IMG/VR virus record: IMGVR_UViG_3300032251_000002
Span: 1 to 64,000 of that record
Source of the DNA: a virus
DNA length: 64,000 nt
Direction: 5' to 3' (one strand)
Position numbers and translations under genes: made by a program. The notes below the pieces were generated by a model. The model was not told where the DNA came from. It did no database searches and worked only from the letters and a program-made list of their open reading frames with translations. Below are positions 60,146-64,000 of this stretch, in pieces. How positions within the stretch are numbered: position 1 is the stretch's first letter; every line of letters begins with the position of its first letter.

Positions 60146-60533
60146 TAGTTCCCTCCACTTCTCTGTCAACTCTTTTATCAGTTCTAATTCTTAGAACCTT
60201 TAAACAATCTTCCAGATGCTTAATAGCTTGTTCATTCTCATCACATTTGTAAGGAGATTCTTGAAAACATTGAAGACGTTTAACTACCATACTTATTAAG
60301 TCTTCGTTAGCAACACCATTTACACCATTTTCTTTAATTGGACCTTTTTGGAATTTAACTACAGAAACAGGTGGTATAATTTCTACATTTTCAAACTGTT
60401 CAGAATTCTGTATATGTTTAAGTGAAGGCTCTACAATAAATAAATGTGGTGCATTAAATTCAAACTTATCTGTATCTTCATGACTTATTGTAGTGTAGTT
60501 ATCTGTTAAAAATTCATTAATTAATTTCTCCAT
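60135..60533 (-). CDS. tad1: Tad1-like anti-Thoeris nucleotide-signal sponge
   Basis: AxH, KFQKG, GV..EDL...RL..FQ..P..C.EN..A..HLE, R...R..R.V.GT match the Tad1 family pattern as recalled. Confidence 0.75.
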   Translation of the reverse strand: MEKLINEFLTDNYTTISHEDTDKFEFNAPHLFIVEPSLKHIQNSEQFENVEIIPPVSVVKFQKGPIKENGVNGVANEDLISMVVKRLQCFQESPYKCDENEQAIKHLEDCLKVLRIRTDKRVDREVEGTSEI

Positions 60534-60542
60534 AATATCCCC

Positions 60543-60671
60543 CTAGTTATATTTTTTCTTTGATTGCTTTGTTTCTTTAATTTCAATTGCAATATATGCA
60601 TCAGGCATTACTGCATTAGTTGTACATAAAATTAAAGATATTAATAGTAATATTACTAAAACTCTTCTCAT
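60543..60671 (-). CDS. 42-aa peptide with signal/TM segment, absent from the ORF track
   Basis: MRRVLVILLLISLILCTTNA...; GGGGTGG RBS. Confidence 0.45.
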   Translation of the reverse strand: MRRVLVILLLISLILCTTNAVMPDAYIAIEIKETKQSKKKYN

Positions 60672-60719
60672 CTTTCCACCCCATATCTTTTTAATTTATA
60701 GTTAAAAATCAACTTTTAT

Positions 60720-60926
60720 TTAAAAATTATCTTCTCCATCATGGACATATTCAGATATTTCATTTTCTTTCATAAACTTAGTAACCTTCTTTTTCAATTC
60801 AGTACCAACTTCCCTATTACCTTTCTGAATTCTTTGTATGTTCCCTTGAGGAGTCGAAGAGTAACTTATGCCAGCTACAAGATGTTCCCTTAAAAATAAA
60901 GCTTTTTTTCTAACAGACATAAACAA
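60720..60926 (-). CDS. hypothetical protein
   Basis: ORF with RBS. Confidence 0.55.
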   Translation of the reverse strand: MFMSVRKKALFLREHLVAGISYSSTPQGNIQRIQKGNREVGTELKKKVTKFMKENEISEYVHDGEDNF

Positions 60927-60931
60927 TCCTC

Positions 60932-61372
60932 CTAATCTTTATTAAGTACATCACCTATCATTAATTTAACAGTATCTATCATCTCATTAAGCATTCCATA
61001 GTTCCAAGGATTTCTCTTACCACCAGTGTATTCTCTAGCTAATCCCATTCTAAGTAATTTAGCATTAATAGATTCTGTAGATTCTCTATGTTCATAGATA
61101 GTACCTAATAATCTACCATATTTGCCTGTATTACCATCTAACTTAGTTGTAATATATACATACTTACCTTCAATCTTTTGTTGAAGGTACGCTTTAACTG
61201 ACAGACCAGCGTCTTTTTCTAAAAGATTCTTAGTTCTACATTCTGGTGTATCAATACCTAGAACTCTAACTCGTTCCTTATAGGTGATATCAAAACCTAA
61301 ATCAAATTCAACATCAATAGTATCTCCATCTACTACTCTTAAACACATGGCTTTGAAATTATATAATTCCAT
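60932..61372 (-). CDS. SNase-like (thermonuclease) nuclease
   Basis: RVVDGDTI, RVLGIDTPE, GKYGRLLG. Confidence 0.9.
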   Translation of the reverse strand: MELYNFKAMCLRVVDGDTIDVEFDLGFDITYKERVRVLGIDTPECRTKNLLEKDAGLSVKAYLQQKIEGKYVYITTKLDGNTGKYGRLLGTIYEHRESTESINAKLLRMGLAREYTGGKRNPWNYGMLNEMIDTVKLMIGDVLNKD

Positions 61373-61380
61373 AAGTCCTC

Positions 61381-62883
61381 CTATTTCTTCTCATACTTCT
61401 CTCTAGATAAATCTTTCTTATTTTTATTCTTAAGAGTTCTATCTAATGCTAATCCACCTGTAACTAAATCTGTCATTATTCCAGCACCCATAAAGTATAC
61501 ATCAACTGTATTTAATGTTTGCTTATCACCTAAATCTGATTTAAGGTCTTTTAACTGTAAGTATCCTTGTTGTGATATTTGTTTATACATCTGCATTTTC
61601 TTTTTACTATCATCAGCTCTTGGTCCAAAGAATTCTTTTAAAGCTTCCTCACTACCATAAGTCATTAAAGCATAGTTCTCTGCATCTGTAATTCTTGCAA
61701 TCTTATCGTTACCAGTAACTTGATTAGTCTTCATATTTCTAGACTTAATGTCAAGTGAATAACTATTCTTTTTACTAAGTATCTGTTGTAATCTTCTAAG
61801 GTGAAGATATCCCACAGGTACTTTAGTTTTACTTCTAATTGGCTCGTCTTTATTACCATCATGTTTGTAGTAAACATACTCTTCAAGTGGAACGTTTAAG
61901 AAATTAGCAGCTTTCTTGATAGTCTTAAGGTCAGGTTCATTCTCATATGGAATAATCTCTAAATAAAAATGTTCATTTTCATCTTTCATAAACTTTTTAA
62001 TCCATGTAGTAAATTGTGTATTACTCATTGACTTAAAGAAACCTTTATACTTTTCACCATTCTTTCCAGTTTTGTCAAGAAGATTCATAGTCTTTAATAC
62101 CATGTCTTCAATCTTTTTTCTTTTAGAAGTAGTTATAGTTTGAGCTGCTTCATTAAGAAACTCATTACCATCCATAACATCATAGAATCCTTCTAAGTGA
62201 GCCTGTTGACTCTCGGTAAGAATAAAATCTGAACTCTCAGTAATAAAACCTTCATCTTTTAACTGTAAGAAATACTTATACGATTTATCTCTACTGTCTA
62301 ACATGGTGTATATTTTATTAAGTTCTAACTTTCTAACTTCTTCAGTCTCTTTAAGATGATATTTAACATAACCTTTTCTACCATATTTTTCAGATAGATG
62401 TTCATAAACTCTTTCAAAATGTTCTTCTTCAGATAATTCTGGATTGTTATGCTTGCCAAAGTTATATGCTCTTTTAAACATAGTATCTAAATTATCACTT
62501 CTATCTGCATCAGATACAACCTTACCATATAAACTTCTAGGTGGATGTTTAGAACTAGCTCTGTGGTCTTCACAAGCTTGTGCTATAAGTTCTATAGTAT
62601 CTTTATCAAATATAGTTCTTAAGAATGTATCTTTTCTAACTATCTTACCAGATTCTATATGATGTACGTCTCTGTTCTTAGATAATCCTGTATCATGAAA
62701 TGCTGCAATAGTATACACTATATTCATATCAACATCATCTTTTAAAATCTCAGCAATCTTAAGTGAATCGTTTATAACACTTGTTACATGATTTACATCA
62801 TGACCTTTATCAAATTTTTTATACATCGGAATTATCTTATCATTGATGTATTTGATTAAACTTTCATTTAATTCGTTTAACAT
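61381..62883 (-). CDS. HD-domain hydrolase fused to an RNAP beta-like C-terminal fragment (probably virion RNAP)
   Basis: N-half: GHDVNH, AAFHDTG, EDHRAS, SDADR. C-half: VPVGYLHLRRLQQ, TNQVTG, RITDAENYALMTYG, LKEFFGPRADD. Confidence 0.75.
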   Translation of the reverse strand: MLNELNESLIKYINDKIIPMYKKFDKGHDVNHVTSVINDSLKIAEILKDDVDMNIVYTIAAFHDTGLSKNRDVHHIESGKIVRKDTFLRTIFDKDTIELIAQACEDHRASSKHPPRSLYGKVVSDADRSDNLDTMFKRAYNFGKHNNPELSEEEHFERVYEHLSEKYGRKGYVKYHLKETEEVRKLELNKIYTMLDSRDKSYKYFLQLKDEGFITESSDFILTESQQAHLEGFYDVMDGNEFLNEAAQTITTSKRKKIEDMVLKTMNLLDKTGKNGEKYKGFFKSMSNTQFTTWIKKFMKDENEHFYLEIIPYENEPDLKTIKKAANFLNVPLEEYVYYKHDGNKDEPIRSKTKVPVGYLHLRRLQQILSKKNSYSLDIKSRNMKTNQVTGNDKIARITDAENYALMTYGSEEALKEFFGPRADDSKKKMQMYKQISQQGYLQLKDLKSDLGDKQTLNTVDVYFMGAGIMTDLVTGGLALDRTLKNKNKKDLSREKYEKK

Positions 62884-62895
62884 AATTAATCCTCC

Positions 62896-63147
62896 CTAAC
62901 TAGTACTACTAATAAACTTCACTTTATCTTTAGGAAGTTTTTGTATGCTGTCAAAGAAACCACTTCTAGCTCTATGAGTATATGCAAAGAATTGACCTTT
63001 ATCAGTTTTACCTATTGAACATTGAATAGTTCCAAACCTCTCTTTTATCTCATCTCTTTCAGCAAGTGTTAATGATACTTTATTTATTTTACCTTCAGAT
63101 AAAAACAATGAATTTTCTTTTAAAAACATCTGTTTTTCATTAAGCAT
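62896..63147 (-). CDS. small probable internal head protein
   Basis: N-terminal LNE/LKE/LSEG sites; late promoter at 63172..63183. Confidence 0.55.
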   Translation of the reverse strand: MLNEKQMFLKENSLFLSEGKINKVSLTLAERDEIKERFGTIQCSIGKTDKGQFFAYTHRARSGFFDSIQKLPKDKVKFISSTS

Positions 63148-63207
63148 ATGAATCCTCCTTTATTGATTAAATAATGTATTGTTATAAAGCGTAATTATAA
63201 ATCCATC

Positions 63208-63223
63208 AAACATATATTATAAT
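63208..63223 (+). promoter_or_regulatory. early-type promoter not followed by an ORF
   Basis: AAACATATATTATAAT. Confidence 0.65.
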
Positions 63224-63224
63224 A

Positions 63225-63434
63225 ATGAACTTACTAATCCTAATTATATAATATTCTAAAGTAATGAAAGAAACCACAACCCTTTTGTTATGTTTAGTTA
63301 GCATTAGTAAGATTACCCCTATAGAGGTTTGATATAAAATGAAATGCTATTAAGCCCAGCATTGAAAGTTGTGTCTTACCTTTATTTAGATTTGAAACCA
63401 TCCTAACCTTCTCAGTTAGGATGGTTCTTTTTTT
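63225..63434 (+). ncRNA. putative ~200-nt small RNA
   Basis: lies between early promoter and terminator (63395..63434); CTTACTAAT/ATTAGTAAG stem. Confidence 0.4.
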
Positions 63435-63989
63435 TTAGTAATTACTAAACAACGCTTCTAAGTCAATGTCTTCAGACTTAACTTCAGAATCATCATTACC
63501 ACCAAAAATAGATGGTTTAGTTTTCTTAACTTCTTTACGTTCTTCTTTAAACCAATCAATATTGACATCTTCATCATTAAATAAAGAAATCTTCTCTCTC
63601 TTCTTAAACTTACCCTTAGCAGACTCAACACTATCCATAACTAATTTAAGTCTATCTTCTGGGAAACTTAAACCTGTAAGAATAGATACAATATAATTCT
63701 TATTGTCATCTGCAGAATAATATCCTTCAAATGTTTCAATTGGTTGACCAATATTTTTATGGAAAATATCATAATCGATAAACTTAGTTGCTTCTTCTTG
63801 AAGTTCGAAGATATATCCACTTCTTTTAATTACTTTATCATACTGTAAAGAAGCAAATATACTTGAATTCCAAGATGAGTCTAATGCTTCTGCAATAGTT
63901 TCTGAATCATTAATTTGATTCATAACAGTTACAGTTATTGACATACAGCCTGGAGTAAACATTAATTTAGATAAATCTTTACTATCCAT
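63435..63989 (-). CDS. hypothetical protein
   Basis: ORF track. Confidence 0.6.
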   Translation of the reverse strand: MDSKDLSKLMFTPGCMSITVTVMNQINDSETIAEALDSSWNSSIFASLQYDKVIKRSGYIFELQEEATKFIDYDIFHKNIGQPIETFEGYYSADDNKNYIVSILTGLSFPEDRLKLVMDSVESAKGKFKKREKISLFNDEDVNIDWFKEERKEVKKTKPSIFGGNDDSEVKSEDIDLEALFSNY

Positions 63990-64000
63990 ATTACCATACT

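Noticed and set aside
2893-63696. Antisense and alternate-frame ORFs in the track (e.g. 2893..3192, 8522..9091, 9965..10288, 19443..19841, 33258..33611, 51719..52069, 52477..52911)
   Set aside because: They overlap well-supported genes, show no obvious RBS and have shadow-ORF composition
1-64000. CRISPR array, tRNA or rRNA genes, transposases
   Set aside because: No regularly spaced repeats, cloverleaf signatures or transposase motifs were found by eye; a tRNA/Rfam scan was not run

Overview
AT-rich 64-kb segment of a jumbo myophage of the phiKZ-related AR9/PBS1-like group. Strong AGGAGG ribosome-binding sites suggest a Firmicutes host. Core content: a split family-B DNA polymerase (two genes ~10 kb apart), five fragments of multisubunit RNA polymerases (probably virion and non-virion sets), SbcC, NAD ligase, RecA/UvsX, HU, portal, terminase, major capsid, T4 gp21-like protease, sheath and tube. 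Two promoter classes can be read from the DNA: an early-type ARRYATATATTAT motif (10 copies found) and a late-type AACA-N6-TR motif (about 20 copies). Probable counter-defence and signalling genes include a Tad1-like sponge, an HD-GYP phosphodiesterase, a macrodomain, Tpt1, a NUDIX hydrolase and an HD domain fused to an RNAP subunit. The most striking observation is a small paralogous gene family at ~50.8-53.0 kb. Its members share a scaffold, but the variable central loop is an in-frame string of short peptides resembling the most conserved motifs of RecA, terminase, DNA polymerase B, RNA polymerase (DFDGD), prohead protease and portal. This could be a motif-mimic or decoy system. Several promoter-to-terminator intervals lacking long ORFs look like structured non-coding RNAs. 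All assignments come from motif recognition by eye; no database searches were run.
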